DNA of 64,000 bases from Betaproteobacteria bacterium (GCA_009377585.1 WHTS01000003.1:10015-74014), one strand, 5' to 3'. Positions 21,416-35,543 are shown, counted from the stretch's first letter. The notes: a model not told the origin generated them from the letters alone. A program made the numbers and translations.

Positions 21416-22003
21416 ATGACCCGCGATTACAAACCGTCCGCACGCAATCGCAGCAAGCGTTCCTCGGGATCAGGCAGTTCGCTGCTGGTCGGAATCCTGA
21501 TCGGGTTGCTGCTCGGTCTGGGCATCGCGCTTGCGGTGGCGATCTACCTGAACAAGGTGCCCAGCCCGTTTCTCTCGCACGGCAAGAGCGCCGAGAGCGT
21601 CGCGCCGAAGCCGGAAATATTGAAACCGGTCCCCCTGCCGAGCGGGCGCAGCGAGGAAAAACCGCGCTTCGACTTCTATAGCATCCTGCCGGGAAACGAG
21701 GATGCCGCGACCAAGCCGGCGCAGGAGCCGCCGCGCAGCGCTCCGGCGCAAGTCAAGGAGACGTTCTACCTGCAAGCCGGAGCCTTCCAAGGCCCGGCGG
21801 AGGCGGACAACATGAAAGCCCGCCTGGCGATGCTCGGGATCGAAGCCGCCGTGCAGAGCAACGCCACCACCGATCGCGGCACCCTGCACCGAGTACGGAT
21901 CGGGCCGTTCGAGCGCGTGGAGGAAGTCAATCGGACCCGCGCCACGCTGAAACAAAACGGCATCGAGACCACTCTGATCAAGGGACGTGAGTCCGCCAAT
22001 TGA
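21416..22003 (+). CDS. SPOR-domain (septal peptidoglycan-binding) membrane protein
   Basis: Track ORF of 195 aa. Basic N-terminus, one TM helix, a Pro-rich linker, and a C-terminal SPOR-like ...FYLQAGAFQGPAEADNMKARLAMLGIEA...HRVRIGPF... Confidence 0.8.
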   Translation: MTRDYKPSARNRSKRSSGSGSSLLVGILIGLLLGLGIALAVAIYLNKVPSPFLSHGKSAESVAPKPEILKPVPLPSGRSEEKPRFDFYSILPGNEDAATKPAQEPPRSAPAQVKETFYLQAGAFQGPAEADNMKARLAMLGIEAAVQSNATTDRGTLHRVRIGPFERVEEVNRTRATLKQNGIETTLIKGRESAN

Positions 22004-22045
22004 GCGCGCGCCCACCCGGGCAAGCTCGCACGACCTGGAGCGACG

Positions 22046-22726
22046 ATGATTCGCAGATGGCTATACGCAGCGACCGGAGCGTTCTTCTTTCTGGGTGCCG
22101 TCACGGCCGGCTTCGCGGCCGCACCACCGGTCAAGGACAAGGAATACACGCTGGTCGAGCCGCCCATGCCGCCGCTGGACGCCGACACCGGCGGCAAGGT
22201 CGAAGTGATCGAGTTCTTCTATTACGGCTGCCCGCATTGCTACAACCTGCAGCCGGCGTTGAAGGCGTGGCTGAAGAGCGCGCCGAAGGACATCGCGTTC
22301 ACGCGCATGCCGACCGTGTTCCGCGAATCCTGGGTGCCGCTCACGCGCACGTACTACGCCCTGGAAACGATCGGCGTACTGGAGAAAGTGCACGACGACG
22401 TGTTCGATACGGTGCAGAAGAACAGTGTGAACCTGGGCGATCGCAAGCTCCTGCTCGATTGGGCCGCGAAGCGCGGCATCGATACGCGAAAGCTTGCCGA
22501 GGCCTATGATTCGTTCGCCGTCCAGACCAAGACCCAGCGCTCGCTCAAGATGACGCGCGCCTACGGCATCACCGGGACACCGTCGATCGTGGTCGGCGGG
22601 CGCTACCTCACCGGGCCCTCCATGACGCTCAGGGCCGACAACAGCATCGACTATCAACGCTTCGGCCAGGTCCTGAACGGCCTCATCGAGATGGCGCGCA
22701 AGCAGCCGGCGGCGAAGAAGGGCTGA
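22046..22726 (+). CDS. dsbA: Thiol:disulfide oxidoreductase DsbA (CPHC)
   Basis: Track ORF of 226 aa. Signal peptide, the thioredoxin active site ...EFFYYGCPHCYNL..., and a cis-Pro loop ...GITGTPSIVV... Confidence 0.88.
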   Translation: MIRRWLYAATGAFFFLGAVTAGFAAAPPVKDKEYTLVEPPMPPLDADTGGKVEVIEFFYYGCPHCYNLQPALKAWLKSAPKDIAFTRMPTVFRESWVPLTRTYYALETIGVLEKVHDDVFDTVQKNSVNLGDRKLLLDWAAKRGIDTRKLAEAYDSFAVQTKTQRSLKMTRAYGITGTPSIVVGGRYLTGPSMTLRADNSIDYQRFGQVLNGLIEMARKQPAAKKG

Positions 22727-22748
22727 CGGAACAAATCCGGGCGCTGCG

Positions 22749-23390
22749 ATGACGCGCTGCCGCCAATGGCTCGCACTGCTGCTGGGGCTTGTTGCCGCGG
22801 TAGCGGCGCAGGCGCAATCTGCACCCGGCTCGGTCACGTTGAGCGAAGGCAAGAACTATCGGCTGATCCCGCAGCAGCCGGTGGCCGATCCGGGCCGGAT
22901 CGAAGTCATCGATTTCTTCTTCTACGGTTGTCCGTTCTGCAACGAGCTGCGCCCGATGCTGGAACGCTGGCGCAAAGCGCTGCCGGCCGACGTGGTGTTC
23001 CGCCGTACACCGACCGTGCGCCGCGACACGTGGGTGCCGCTCGCGAAAACGTACTACACGCTCGAGCTGCTGGGCGAAGCCGAACGGCTGCACGAAGAAG
23101 TGTACAAGGGCTATCACGACGAAGAGCTTTCCATGAGCCGCCCGGAAGTCATGGCCGACTGGGCGCAACGCCACGGGGTCGATCGCGACCGCTGGCTATC
23201 GACGTATAACTCGGAGGAAGTCACGCGGCTAGTCGAGCAGGCGCGACGCATGACGCAGGACTACGACATCCAGGGTACGCCGTCGGTGGTGATCAATGGC
23301 CGCTATTTGACCTCCAGTGGCATGACGGATGACGTGAAGCTGGTCGTGCCGGTTGCGGAGCAGTTGATCCGGATGGTGCGGGAGAAGTAG
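22749..23390 (+). CDS. Second DsbA-family oxidoreductase (CPFC active site)
   Basis: Track ORF of 213 aa. Signal peptide, ...DFFFYGCPFCNEL..., ...IQGTPSVVING... Collinear with the upstream DsbA along its length. Confidence 0.8.
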   Translation: MTRCRQWLALLLGLVAAVAAQAQSAPGSVTLSEGKNYRLIPQQPVADPGRIEVIDFFFYGCPFCNELRPMLERWRKALPADVVFRRTPTVRRDTWVPLAKTYYTLELLGEAERLHEEVYKGYHDEELSMSRPEVMADWAQRHGVDRDRWLSTYNSEEVTRLVEQARRMTQDYDIQGTPSVVINGRYLTSSGMTDDVKLVVPVAEQLIRMVREK

Positions 23391-23493
23391 AGTAGGAGCG
23401 CTCCGTCGCATACCTCGCAATGCCAAGTCTTACTTTACCGCCGTGGGTTTCGTCCGCGCGGTTTGTGACTCCGGCCGCGACGTGGCCTTGCTT

Positions 23494-23518
23494 AACATTG
23501 AGCATTCGCTCAATTGTT
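23494..23518. terminator. Hairpin in the convergent dsbA'/glmS spacer (possible bidirectional terminator)
   Basis: AACATTGAGC-ATTC-GCTCAATTGTT in a locally AT-richer 166-bp spacer. No clear U-tract. Confidence 0.3.
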
Positions 23519-23556
23519 AGCCTCCGTCGTAAGCCTGCGTCATTCGGCAACATCCG

Positions 23557-25383
23557 TCACTCTACCGTGACGGACTTCGCCAAATTCCTAGGCTTATCTA
23601 CATCGGTGCCGCGCTGGATCGCGGCGTGGTAGGCGAGGAGCTGCAGCGGCACGACGTGCACGATGGGTGAAAGCGCGCCGGAATGGTCGGTCAACTTGAT
23701 GACGTGCACGCCGTCCGACTCCTCGATGTGCGTATCCTCGTCGGCGAACACATAGAGCTCGCCGCCGCGGGCGCGCACTTCCTGCATGTTCGACTTGAGC
23801 TTCTCCAGCAGCGCGTCGTTCGGCGCGACCGTGACGACCGGCATTTCGGCGTCCACCAACGCGAGCGGCCCGTGCTTCAATTCGCCCGCGGCGTAGGCCT
23901 CGGCGTGGATGTACGAGATCTCCTTCAGCTTGAGCGCCCCTTCCAGGGCGATCGGATAGTGGATGCCGCGGCCGAGGAACAAGGCGTGCTGTTTGCGCGC
24001 GAAGCGCTTCGACCATTCGATCACGCGCTCCTCGACCTGGAGCACGACCTGCAACGCCGCCGGAAGATGTCGCAACGCCGCCAGGTGGCGCGCCTCGGCT
24101 TCCGCGCTTAGCCTGTCCCGGCAGCGCGCCAACACCAGCGTCAACAGGAACAGCGACGCCAACTGGGTCGTAAACGCCTTGGTGGATGCGACCCCGATCT
24201 CCGGGCCGGCGCGGGTCAAGTAGCGCAGGCGCGACTGACGCATGAGCGCCGACTCGGGCACGTTGCAGATCGTGAGCGAGCGCTCGTAGCCCATCGATTT
24301 GGCGTGCGCCAGCGCGGCGAGCGTGTCGGCAGTTTCGCCGGATTGGGAGATGGTGACGAACAACCCCGTGGGATCGGCCACGCTCGAGCGGTAGCGATAT
24401 TCGCTCGCAATCTCGACGTTGCAGGGCAGCCCGGCGAGGCTTTCGATCCAGTAGCGCGCAACCATGCCGGCGTGATAGCTCGTGCCGCAGGCGACGATGT
24501 TCACCGAGGTCACGCCCTTGAACAGATCGGCCGCCTCGACACCGAACAGCTCCGGTTGCAGCGAGCGTGCACCGAACACGTTCTCGAGCGTGTTCGCGAC
24601 GGCGCCCGGTTGCTCGAAGATCTCCTTCTGCATGTAATGGTGGTACGGGCCCAGCTCGATCGATTGCGCCGACAGCTGGCTCACATGGATCTGGCGCTCG
24701 ACGCGCTGGCCCGACTGGTCGTGGATGCGGTAGGCATCCTGCGAAAGCTCGGCGCAGTCGCCCTCCTCGAGATAGATCACGCGCTGCGTCACTTGCAGCA
24801 GCGCAGACACATCCGAGGCGGCAAAGTGCTCGGCCTCGCCCAGCCCGAGAAGCAGCGGCGCGCCTTTGCGCGCGACGATGAGGGTGCCGGGCGCCTCGGC
24901 GCTGATCACGGCGATCGCATAGGCGCCTTCGAGCTTTGCGACCGCCTCGCGGGTGGCGTCGAAAAGACCGCGTCCTTTGCGGCGCAGCGACTCGATCAGG
25001 TGGGCGATGACCTCGGTATCGGTGTCGGAGACGAACTCGAAGCCTTGCGACTTGAGCTCCCGGCGCATGGCATCGTGATTTTCGATGATGCCGTTATGGA
25101 CCACGGCGAGATCGCCGCTGACGTGCGGATGGGCGTTGCGCTCGCTCGGCGCACCGTGCGTCGCCCAGCGCGTGTGCGCGATCCCCAGCCGCCCCTCGAC
25201 GGCGGCGCTGCTCACGCGCTCGGCCAGATCGGCAACCCGGCCGGTGGAGCGCAACCGGCGCAATCCGTCGTTGACGATGGCGAGCCCGGCCGAATCGTAG
25301 CCGCGGTATTCGAGCCGGCGAAGGCCCTCGATCAAGACCGGTACGATATTGCGCTTCGACGCTGCGCCGACGATTCCACACAT
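23557..25383 (-). CDS. glmS: Glutamine--fructose-6-phosphate aminotransferase
   Basis: Track ORF of 608 aa. MCGIVGA... N-terminal nucleophile, SIS domains, and C-terminal ...AKSVTVE. Confidence 0.97.
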   Translation of the reverse strand: MCGIVGAASKRNIVPVLIEGLRRLEYRGYDSAGLAIVNDGLRRLRSTGRVADLAERVSSAAVEGRLGIAHTRWATHGAPSERNAHPHVSGDLAVVHNGIIENHDAMRRELKSQGFEFVSDTDTEVIAHLIESLRRKGRGLFDATREAVAKLEGAYAIAVISAEAPGTLIVARKGAPLLLGLGEAEHFAASDVSALLQVTQRVIYLEEGDCAELSQDAYRIHDQSGQRVERQIHVSQLSAQSIELGPYHHYMQKEIFEQPGAVANTLENVFGARSLQPELFGVEAADLFKGVTSVNIVACGTSYHAGMVARYWIESLAGLPCNVEIASEYRYRSSVADPTGLFVTISQSGETADTLAALAHAKSMGYERSLTICNVPESALMRQSRLRYLTRAGPEIGVASTKAFTTQLASLFLLTLVLARCRDRLSAEAEARHLAALRHLPAALQVVLQVEERVIEWSKRFARKQHALFLGRGIHYPIALEGALKLKEISYIHAEAYAAGELKHGPLALVDAEMPVVTVAPNDALLEKLKSNMQEVRARGGELYVFADEDTHIEESDGVHVIKLTDHSGALSPIVHVVPLQLLAYHAAIQRGTDVDKPRNLAKSVTVE

Positions 25384-25544
25384 ATGCCCGCTCCTCGTTA
25401 TGGCGTGGCGCCGCTAGAGCGGCGTGCGCCGGCCCTCGAAAGCCGCAATCGCACCGAAGTCACGCCAGGAACATCGAACAAGGCCTTCGAGGCAAGGTCC
25501 GTGCCGGCGCGGCGGCGCGGCTCCCTCGCGCAGCTCTCAACGCC

Positions 25545-26912
25545 TTACTTGGTCGGACGCTTCCACTGCGGCCGGTGCAGCTGCTCCTTGCGATTGAGCG
25601 CGAGCCCGCCGGGAGGCACATCCTGCCAGATCGTCGTGCCCGCACCAACGGTAGCGCCGCGGCCGATCGTCACGGGGGCCACCAGCTGCACGTCCGAGCC
25701 GATGTGGACATCGTCTTCGATGACGGTCCGATGCTTGTGCGCGCCGTCGTAGTTGCACGTGATGGTGCCGGCGCCGATGTTGACGTTGCGCCCGACCACG
25801 CTGTCGCCGACATACGCGAGATGGTTCGCCTTGGCGCCGTAGCCCATCTCGGATGCCTTCACTTCGACGAAGTTGCCGACGTGCACTTCTGCGTCCAAGC
25901 GCGTTCCCGGCCGCATGCGCGCGAACGGCCCGATGCGGCAGCGCGCTCCGATGTCGCCGCCTTCCAGATGGCAGAAGGGAAGGATCTCGGCGCCATCCGC
26001 AACCGACACGTCGCGCAGCACGCAGTTGGCGCCGATGGTCACGTCGTCGCCCAGGCGCACGTCGCCCTCGAAAATGCAATTGACATCGATACGCACGTCG
26101 TGCCCGGCGGTCAGTGTGCCGCGCACGTCGATGCGCGCAGGGTCGGCCAGAGTGACGCCTTGCTCCAGCAGCGCATCCGCGATCCGCTGCTGTGCGATGC
26201 GTTCGAGCTGCGCGAGCTGCGCCTTGCTGTTGACGCCGAGCGTCTCCCACTGCGCTTGCGCGGCAACGGCGACCACGGACACGCCGTCACGGAGCGCGAG
26301 CCGTACCACGTCGGTGAGGTAGTACTCGCGCTGCGCGTTGTCGTTGGTGAGCGCACCAAGCCAGGCCCGCAGCTTTGCCTGCGGCAGCAGCATGATGCCG
26401 GTATTGATCTCGCAGATCGCCTTGTCGGCCGGGCTTGCATCCTTCTCCTCGACGATCGCCGTGACGCATCCTCGAGCGTCGCGCACGATGCGACCGTAGC
26501 CGCTCGGGTCGTCGAGCACGACCGTCAATACGCCAAGGCCGTCGCCGCTTGCCGCCACCAGCGCGGCGAGCGTTTCGGTTCGCACCAGCGGGACATCGCC
26601 GTAGAGCACCAGGGTGCGCGCCGATTCGTCGAGGTGCGGCAGTGCCTGCTGCACGGCGTGGCCCGTCCCGAGCTGCGGCTCCTGGCGCGCGAACGACAGA
26701 TCGGAGGCGTGGAACGCTGCGCGCACCGCCTCGCCGCCGTGGCCATAAACGACGCACAGTCGGCCCGGTGCGGGCCGCAATGCTCGAGCCGCATCCAGCA
26801 CGTGCCCGAGCAGCGGCTTTTCGGCGATTCGATGCAGAACCTTCGGCAAGCGCGAATGCATGCGCTTGCCCATTCCGGCCGCAAGAACGACGACGTTGAG
26901 CGCTGCAGTCAT
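25545..26912 (-). CDS. glmU: Bifunctional GlcNAc-1-P uridyltransferase / GlcN-1-P acetyltransferase
   Basis: Track ORF of 455 aa. ...[13 protein letters not shown]..., and C-terminal left-handed beta-helix hexapeptide repeats. Confidence 0.95.
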   Translation of the reverse strand: MTAALNVVVLAAGMGKRMHSRLPKVLHRIAEKPLLGHVLDAARALRPAPGRLCVVYGHGGEAVRAAFHASDLSFARQEPQLGTGHAVQQALPHLDESARTLVLYGDVPLVRTETLAALVAASGDGLGVLTVVLDDPSGYGRIVRDARGCVTAIVEEKDASPADKAICEINTGIMLLPQAKLRAWLGALTNDNAQREYYLTDVVRLALRDGVSVVAVAAQAQWETLGVNSKAQLAQLERIAQQRIADALLEQGVTLADPARIDVRGTLTAGHDVRIDVNCIFEGDVRLGDDVTIGANCVLRDVSVADGAEILPFCHLEGGDIGARCRIGPFARMRPGTRLDAEVHVGNFVEVKASEMGYGAKANHLAYVGDSVVGRNVNIGAGTITCNYDGAHKHRTVIEDDVHIGSDVQLVAPVTIGRGATVGAGTTIWQDVPPGGLALNRKEQLHRPQWKRPTK

Positions 26913-26941
26913 GACCTCTTCCGCGGTGGACCGACTCCAAA

Positions 26942-28465
26942 TTATGGCACGCGCACCGAAGGCTCGGGCGTGCGGCCGCGCGCAGCCATATAGCGCGTCA
27001 GCGCCTGCTGCGAATTATCGTCCAGCGACAGACCCGCTTTAGTTCGCCGCCACAGGATATCGTCGGCGCTGCGCGCCCATTCGTACGCCACGAGGTAATC
27101 GACTTCGCGCGCGTAGAGCGATTCGCCGAAATGCGCGCCGAGATCGGCCGGCGCGCGCGCATCGCCAAGCACCTGGCGCGCGCCCATGCCGTGTCGGGAT
27201 GCCAAGGCTTCCAGCAGCACCCGCGGCAGCTCCGGATATCCGGGCGCGAGCGCCGCTGCCATTGCAGCCGGCCCTCCCTTGAAGTCACCACCCGGCAGCG
27301 GGGTGTGCGCGGTCCACTCCGGACCCAACTGCGGGAACCAGGGCCGCAGCCGATGCAGGGCTTGCTCGGCAAGGCGCCGGTAGGTCGTAATCTTGCCGCC
27401 GTAGATCGAGAGCAGCGGGGCGCCCCGGTCGCGCTCGTCCACGACCAGCTTGTAGTCGCGCGTCACTTCGGATGGATTGGCCGAGCCATCGTCGTACAAG
27501 GGGCGCACGCCGCTGAAGCTCCAAAGCACGTCCGACGAACCGATCGAGCGCCGGAAGTAGCGGTTCACGGCGGCGCACAGGTAGGCGATTTCCTCCGCGG
27601 AAATGATCGCGTCCTCGGGCTTGCCGCTATGGGGAATGTCGGTGGTGCCGATCAGCGAATACCGTCCGCGGTACGGCATCACCAGAATGACACGGCCATC
27701 GTCGTTTTGCAGGATGAAGGCGTGGTCGCCGTCGTAGAGCCGTTGCGTGACGATATGGCTGCCCTTGACGAGGCGGATGCGATGCTTGGGCTCCGCACCC
27801 GACACCGCGGCCAGGACGCTGCGAACCCACGGACCGGACGCGTTGACCAGGGCCCGGGCGCAATACTCGCCACGCCCGTTCGCTCCGGTGATCGCCACGC
27901 GCCAGCGGCCCGCATCGCGCGCCGCCGCGACCACCCGGGTGCGCGTGCAGATGGTCGCGCCGCGCCGCGCCGCATCCACGCAATTCAACACCACCAGGCG
28001 CGCATCATCGACCCAGCAGTCGGAGTAGGAGAAACCGCGCTCGATTCCGGATTTGAGGCCGGCACCCAACGGCGAATTGGCGAACAGCAGCGCCTGAGAT
28101 GACGGCAACACGGTTCGACGGGCGAGATGGTCGTACAGCCACAAACCGAGCCGCAACAGCCAGCGCGGCCGCATGCCCGGCATCCAGGGCAGGACGAACG
28201 TCAGCGGCGTGACCAGGTGCTGCGCGATTCCGAGCAGCCGCTCGCGCTCGGCCAGTGCCTCGGACACCAGGCGGAATTCGTACTGCTCCAGATACCGCAG
28301 CCCGCCGTGGATCAGCTTGCTGCTCGCCGAGCTGGTTGCGGCGGCCAGATCGTCCTGCTCGCACAGCACCACCTTGAGCCCGCGGCCGGCCGCATCGCGC
28401 GCGATACCGGCGCCGTTGATGCCGCCGCCGATGATCAGCAGGTCGAAGAGGTCGGTTTGCGCCAC
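26942..28465 (-). CDS. glpD: Aerobic glycerol-3-phosphate dehydrogenase
   Basis: Track ORF of 507 aa. FAD fold ...[23 protein letters not shown]..., ...[20 protein letters not shown]... Confidence 0.92.
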   Translation of the reverse strand: MAQTDLFDLLIIGGGINGAGIARDAAGRGLKVVLCEQDDLAAATSSASSKLIHGGLRYLEQYEFRLVSEALAERERLLGIAQHLVTPLTFVLPWMPGMRPRWLLRLGLWLYDHLARRTVLPSSQALLFANSPLGAGLKSGIERGFSYSDCWVDDARLVVLNCVDAARRGATICTRTRVVAAARDAGRWRVAITGANGRGEYCARALVNASGPWVRSVLAAVSGAEPKHRIRLVKGSHIVTQRLYDGDHAFILQNDDGRVILVMPYRGRYSLIGTTDIPHSGKPEDAIISAEEIAYLCAAVNRYFRRSIGSSDVLWSFSGVRPLYDDGSANPSEVTRDYKLVVDERDRGAPLLSIYGGKITTYRRLAEQALHRLRPWFPQLGPEWTAHTPLPGGDFKGGPAAMAAALAPGYPELPRVLLEALASRHGMGARQVLGDARAPADLGAHFGESLYAREVDYLVAYEWARSADDILWRRTKAGLSLDDNSQQALTRYMAARGRTPEPSVRVP

Positions 28466-28568
28466 GGCAGGAGATCGCGGTCAAGGCATAGCAGGCAGCT
28501 GGAGCGGCATTGCGGTAGCGGCCCGCCCGTACTCCGTGCGCGGCCACGCTCATGTCGCATGGTACCGA

Positions 28569-28616
28569 TATTCGCACGGGCGAGGTGCGATGGTTTTCGC
28601 ACGGCAAATGCGATGA
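28569..28616 (-). promoter_or_regulatory. Two adjacent inverted repeats (TCGCAC-N7-GTGCGA and TCGCA-N7-TGCGA) upstream of glpD; candidate operators
   Basis: 28571-28579 and 28596-28604 are both TTCGCACGG. Their partners GTGCGATGG (28585-28593) and ATGCGATGA (28608-28616) lie on the same strand and each contains the reverse complement of the TCGCA half-site. About 105-150 nt upstream of the glpD ATG. The binding protein is unknown. Confidence 0.3.
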
Positions 28617-28633
28617 CGCCGCGCGGGCGAACG

Positions 28634-28656
28634 AAAAAGGCAGCCGCAGCTGCCTT
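28634..28656 (-). terminator. Rho-independent terminator of the atp operon
   Basis: Minus strand reads AAGGCAGC-TGCG-GCTGCCTT-TTT, 28 nt after the atpC stop. Confidence 0.75.
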
Positions 28657-28683
28657 GCCGCTGGCGTGCGAAGGCCGGCCGGG

Positions 28684-29106
28684 CTACTTTCTCTGGCGCA
28701 GCTTGCGGATGGCCGCCAGCTGCGCTGCCGCCATCGCGAGCTCGCTCTCGACGGTGGCGATCTCCTGCGCGCCCTGGGCATTGCGTCGCGCTTCTTCGGC
28801 CCGCTGCTGCGCTTCCAGCGCTTTCGCCTCATCCAGGTCCTGCCCGCGTATCGCCGTATCGGCCAGCACGGTCACCATGTTCGGCTGCACTTCCAGGATT
28901 CCGCCGGCGACGAAAATGAGCTCCTCGTCAGCCTGTCCCGATACCTTGATGCGCACCGTCCCGGGTCTTATCCGGGTGATGAGCGGCGTATGCCGCGGAT
29001 AGACACCGAGCTCGCCGACCTCGCCGGGCAGAACGACGAACTCCGCCTGTCCCGAGAAGATCGCGTGCTCGGCGCTGACAACATCGACCTGCATGGTGGC
29101 GGCCAT
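28684..29106 (-). CDS. atpC: F1 ATP synthase epsilon subunit
   Basis: Track ORF of 140 aa with ...[36 protein letters not shown]... Confidence 0.93.
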   Translation of the reverse strand: MAATMQVDVVSAEHAIFSGQAEFVVLPGEVGELGVYPRHTPLITRIRPGTVRIKVSGQADEELIFVAGGILEVQPNMVTVLADTAIRGQDLDEAKALEAQQRAEEARRNAQGAQEIATVESELAMAAAQLAAIRKLRQRK

Positions 29107-29145
29107 AACGATTCCTTGCGCTTGGCTCGAGGTCCGGGTCCGCCG

Positions 29146-30850
<1,705 letters not shown>

Positions 30851-30853
<3 letters not shown>

Positions 30854-31714
30854 TACTGCGGCGGCGCCGCCCACGATCTCGGCGATTTCCTTGGTGATGG
30901 CTGCCTGGCGATTCTTGTTGTAGATGAGGGTCAGCTCGTCGATGAGTGTCGCTGCATTGTCCGAGGCGGATTTCATCGCGACCATGCGCGCCGATTGCTC
31001 GGAGGCCATGTTCTCGGCCACCGTCTGGTAGATGATCGCCTCGATATAGCGCGTCAGCACCTGCTCCAGCACGACCCGTGCATCGGGCTCGTAGATGTAG
31101 TCCCACGCGCTTTCGGGCGCGCCCAGCCGCTCGCCGGACAGGGGCAGCAGCTGCTCCATGACCGGCTCCTGCTTCATCGTGTTGATGAAGCTGGTATAGA
31201 ACAGCAGCACGCGGTCGAACCGGTCGCTCGAATAGCCGTCGAGCATGATCTTCACCGCGCCGATCAACGCTTCGAGCTGGGGCCGGTCGCCCAGGCCGGT
31301 CACCTGCGAGATGACGTTGGCGCCCAGGCGCTGCATGAACCCCAAGCCCTTGTTGCCGATGCAGCAGGCGTCGATCTCCTCGCCTTCGGCCTGCCACTCC
31401 TTGTACCTGGCGAGCACCAGCCGCAGCACGTTGGTGTTGAGCGCGCCGCACAGCCCCTTGTCGGTGCTGATGACGATGATGCCCACGCGCTTGACCGTAT
31501 CGCGCGAGACCAGAAAGGGGTGGCGATATTCCGGATTGGCGTAACTGATGTGCGCGGCGACGTTGCGGATTTTCTCGGCGTAGGGACGCGCGGCGCGCAT
31601 GCGCTCCTGCGCCTTGCGCATCTTCGATGCCGCCACCATTTCCATCGCCTTGGTGATCTTGCGCGTGTTCTGCACGCTCCGGATCTTCATCCGGATTTCT
31701 TTGGTTCCCGGCAT
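30851..31714 (-). CDS. atpG: F1 ATP synthase gamma subunit
   Basis: Track ORF of 287 aa with ...[26 protein letters not shown]... and C-terminal ...[15 protein letters not shown]. Confidence 0.95.
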
Positions 31715-31763
31715 TTAGCTCACCTTCGAGCGCACGCGGTTGCGCATTCAGTAAAGCGGGACC

Positions 31764-33311
31764 TCATAGCGTCTCGTTCGCCTTCCAGTCCTTGATCGCC
31801 TCGTGCAGCGCCTTTTCGTCGTCCGCCGAGAGATCCTTCTTGTCTTCCATGCGGTTGACGAGGTCGGCGTACTTGCTCTTGAGGTATTCGCGCATCGAGC
31901 GCTCGGCGGAGAGCGCATCGCGCACTTCCACGTCGTCGAAATAACCGTTGTTGACCGCGAACAGGGTGAGCGCCATTTCCCATACCTGCAGCGGCTGGTA
32001 CTGCAGCTGCTTCATGAGCTCGGTCACCATGCGGCCGCGCTCGAGCTGCTTGCGTGTGGTCTCGTCCAGGTCGGAGGCGAACTGCGCAAACGCGGCGAGC
32101 TCACGGTACTGTGCGAGCGCCAGCCGCACGCCGCCGCCGGTATCGCGTCGCTTCATGATGCGGCTTTGCGCCGCGCCGCCCACGCGCGACACCGAGATAC
32201 CCGCGTTGATGGCAGGCCGGATGCCGGCGTTGAACAGGTCGCTTTCCAGGAAGATCTGGCCGTCGGTGATCGAGATCACGTTGGTCGGAACGAACGCGGT
32301 CACGTCGCCCGCTTGCGTCTCGATGATCGGAAGCGCGGTCAGCGATCCGGTCTTGCCCTTCACCTCGCCCTTGGTGAACTTCTCGACGTACTCCGGATTC
32401 ACCCGCGCGGCGCGTTCGAGCAGGCGCGAGTGCAGGTAGAACACGTCGCCGGGATAAGCCTCACGGCCCGGCGGGCGGCGCAGCAGCAGCGAGATCTGCC
32501 GGTACGCCCACGCCTGCTTGGTCAAGTCATCGTAGATGATGAGCGCGTCCTGACCGCGGTCGCGGAAGTATTCGCCCATGGTGCAGCCCGAATACGGGGC
32601 GATGTACTGCATGGCCGCGGATTCGGATGCCGACGCGGCCACGATGATGGTGTACGCCATCGCGCCGTGCTCTTCGAGCTTGCGCAAGACGCTGACAATG
32701 GTCGAGGCCTTCTGACCGATCGCGACGTATACGCAGATGAGGTCCTTGCCCTTCTGGTTGATGATCGTGTCGATCGCGACCGCAGTCTTGCCGGTCTGGC
32801 GGTCGCCGATGATGAGCTCGCGCTGGCCGCGACCGATCGGCACCATGGCGTCGATCGCTTTCAAGCCCGTCTGCACCGGCTGCGACACCGACTGGCGCGC
32901 GATCACGCCCGGGGCCACCTTCTCGATCACGTCGGTGAGCTTGGCCTCGATCGGGCCCTTGCCGTCGATCGGCTGTCCGAGCGAATTCACCACCCGCCCG
33001 AGCAGCTCGGGCCCGACCGGCACTTCCAGGATGCGGCTGGTGCACTTGACCGCATCGCCCTCGGTGATGTGCTCGTATTCGCCCAGAATCACCGCGCCCA
33101 CCGAATCGCGCTCGAGATTGAGCGCCAGGCCGAAAGTGTTCTGCGGGAATTCCAGCATCTCGCCCTGCATCACGTCCGACAATCCGTGGATGCGGCAGAT
33201 GCCGTCGGTCACCGAGACCACGCTGCCCTGCGTGCGCATCTGGGCAGCGGCGTCCAGGTTCTGGATGCGGCTCTTGATGAGCTCCGAAATCTCGGATGGG
33301 TTGAGCTGCAT
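31764..33311 (-). CDS. atpA: F1 ATP synthase alpha subunit
   Basis: Frame of track ORF 31764..34340. The real start is ATG 33311 ([16 protein letters not shown]...). Walker [14 protein letters not shown]. Confidence 0.96.
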   Translation of the reverse strand: MQLNPSEISELIKSRIQNLDAAAQMRTQGSVVSVTDGICRIHGLSDVMQGEMLEFPQNTFGLALNLERDSVGAVILGEYEHITEGDAVKCTSRILEVPVGPELLGRVVNSLGQPIDGKGPIEAKLTDVIEKVAPGVIARQSVSQPVQTGLKAIDAMVPIGRGQRELIIGDRQTGKTAVAIDTIINQKGKDLICVYVAIGQKASTIVSVLRKLEEHGAMAYTIIVAASASESAAMQYIAPYSGCTMGEYFRDRGQDALIIYDDLTKQAWAYRQISLLLRRPPGREAYPGDVFYLHSRLLERAARVNPEYVEKFTKGEVKGKTGSLTALPIIETQAGDVTAFVPTNVISITDGQIFLESDLFNAGIRPAINAGISVSRVGGAAQSRIMKRRDTGGGVRLALAQYRELAAFAQFASDLDETTRKQLERGRMVTELMKQLQYQPLQVWEMALTLFAVNNGYFDDVEVRDALSAERSMREYLKSKYADLVNRMEDKKDLSADDEKALHEAIKDWKANETL

Positions 33312-33319
33312 GACGACTC

Positions 33320-33856
33320 CTATTGTTTGAGAGCGGCTGCGAGCGCGTGCAGTTGCGCTCGAACCGATCCATCGATCACTTTGTCCCCGATCAGCACCCG
33401 CACGCCGGAAATGAGATCCCGGTCGACGCTGACACGCGGCTTCACGCGCTTGCCGGTGCGCGCTTCGAGCCGGGACACGAGCGCCTCGAGCTGGCCGTTC
33501 TCCAGGGGCGTGGCGGAGACGATCTCGGCCTCGACCACGCCTTCGCGTTCGTTCTTGAGCCGGTCGAACTGGCTCGCAATTTCCGTCAGTACGTCGAGCC
33601 TGCGGTTGTCGGCCAGCACCCGTACCAGGTTTTCGGCCTCGCCGCTCAACTGGCCGCTCAGAATGCCGATCAGCATGCCGGCGGCCTTCGGGGCGGACAG
33701 GTTCGGATCCTTCAGGGCCGCTGCGACCGCGGGATCGGCCGCCACTTTCGAAAGGTTGGCCAGCATGTCGGACCATGCGCCCAGCTTCCCGGCCGAATCC
33801 GCGAGGCGGTACACCGCTTCGGCATAGGGTCGTGCGATCGTGCTCGGTTCGGCCAT
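33320..33856 (-). CDS. atpH: F1 ATP synthase delta subunit
   Basis: Track ORF of 178 aa with ...[13 protein letters not shown]... (OSCP family). Correct operon position. Confidence 0.9.
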   Translation of the reverse strand: MAEPSTIARPYAEAVYRLADSAGKLGAWSDMLANLSKVAADPAVAAALKDPNLSAPKAAGMLIGILSGQLSGEAENLVRVLADNRRLDVLTEIASQFDRLKNEREGVVEAEIVSATPLENGQLEALVSRLEARTGKRVKPRVSVDRDLISGVRVLIGDKVIDGSVRAQLHALAAALKQ

Positions 33857-33918
33857 CGACTAGTGTCCTGAGTCCGGGATTCGCTGCTGCAGCTCCAATC
33901 GTGTGCCCCGTGTCGAAA

Positions 33919-34392
33919 CTACAGCTGCTGCTGAATGTCGGCGAGCAGATCGCCGTGCGTTCTGGCATCGACCTCGCGCCGCAGAATCTTCTCCGCGCCT
34001 GCGACCGCCAGCGCGGCCACGTGTTCGCGCAACTGTTCGCGCGCCCGCGTGTACTCCTGCGCAATCTCGGCCTTGGCCGCCGCTTTTTCGCGGTTGCCTT
34101 CTTCCTTGGCTGCGCCCCGGGCTTCCTCCACAACCTGCGCCGCCCGCCGCTCGGCCTGGCCGACGATCTCGGCCGCCCGCGAGCGTGCTTCGGCGACCGC
34201 TTGCTCGGCCTGGCGTGCGGATATCTCCAGCGACTGGCGACCCTTCTCGGCTGCGGCCAGGCCCTCGGCAACCTGTTTCTGCCGGTTCTCGATCGCCCGC
34301 ATGAGCGGCGGCCAGATGAACCGGGCGCAGAACCAGACAAAGGCCGCGAACATCACGACCTGTGAAAGGAGCTGCGTCACGTTGATGTTCAT
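33919..34392 (-). CDS. atpF: F0 ATP synthase subunit b
   Basis: Track ORF of 157 aa. N-terminal TM helix followed by a long Ala/Glu/Arg-rich helix. Confidence 0.9.
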   Translation of the reverse strand: MNINVTQLLSQVVMFAAFVWFCARFIWPPLMRAIENRQKQVAEGLAAAEKGRQSLEISARQAEQAVAEARSRAAEIVGQAERRAAQVVEEARGAAKEEGNREKAAAKAEIAQEYTRAREQLREHVAALAVAGAEKILRREVDARTHGDLLADIQQQL

Positions 34393-34425
34393 GACAAGTC
34401 CTCGGCTACGGCCGTTCGTGTGCGA

Positions 34426-35533
<1,108 letters not shown>

Positions 35534-35543
35534 TTGAACGCGA

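Noticed and set aside
23391-23556. The locally AT-richer convergent spacer dsbA'/glmS as a possible integration scar or small RNA gene
   Set aside because: There is no tRNA, att-like repeat, integrase or promoter-plus-terminator pair. Only a short hairpin is present. It is most simply a convergent terminator region.
25384-25544. 161-nt glmU-glmS spacer as a possible glmS ribozyme or sRNA-target leader
   Set aside because: The glmS ribozyme is a Gram-positive element and I see none of its conserved core here. I cannot verify a GlmZ-type pairing site by eye. I leave it as an ordinary leader pending an Rfam scan.
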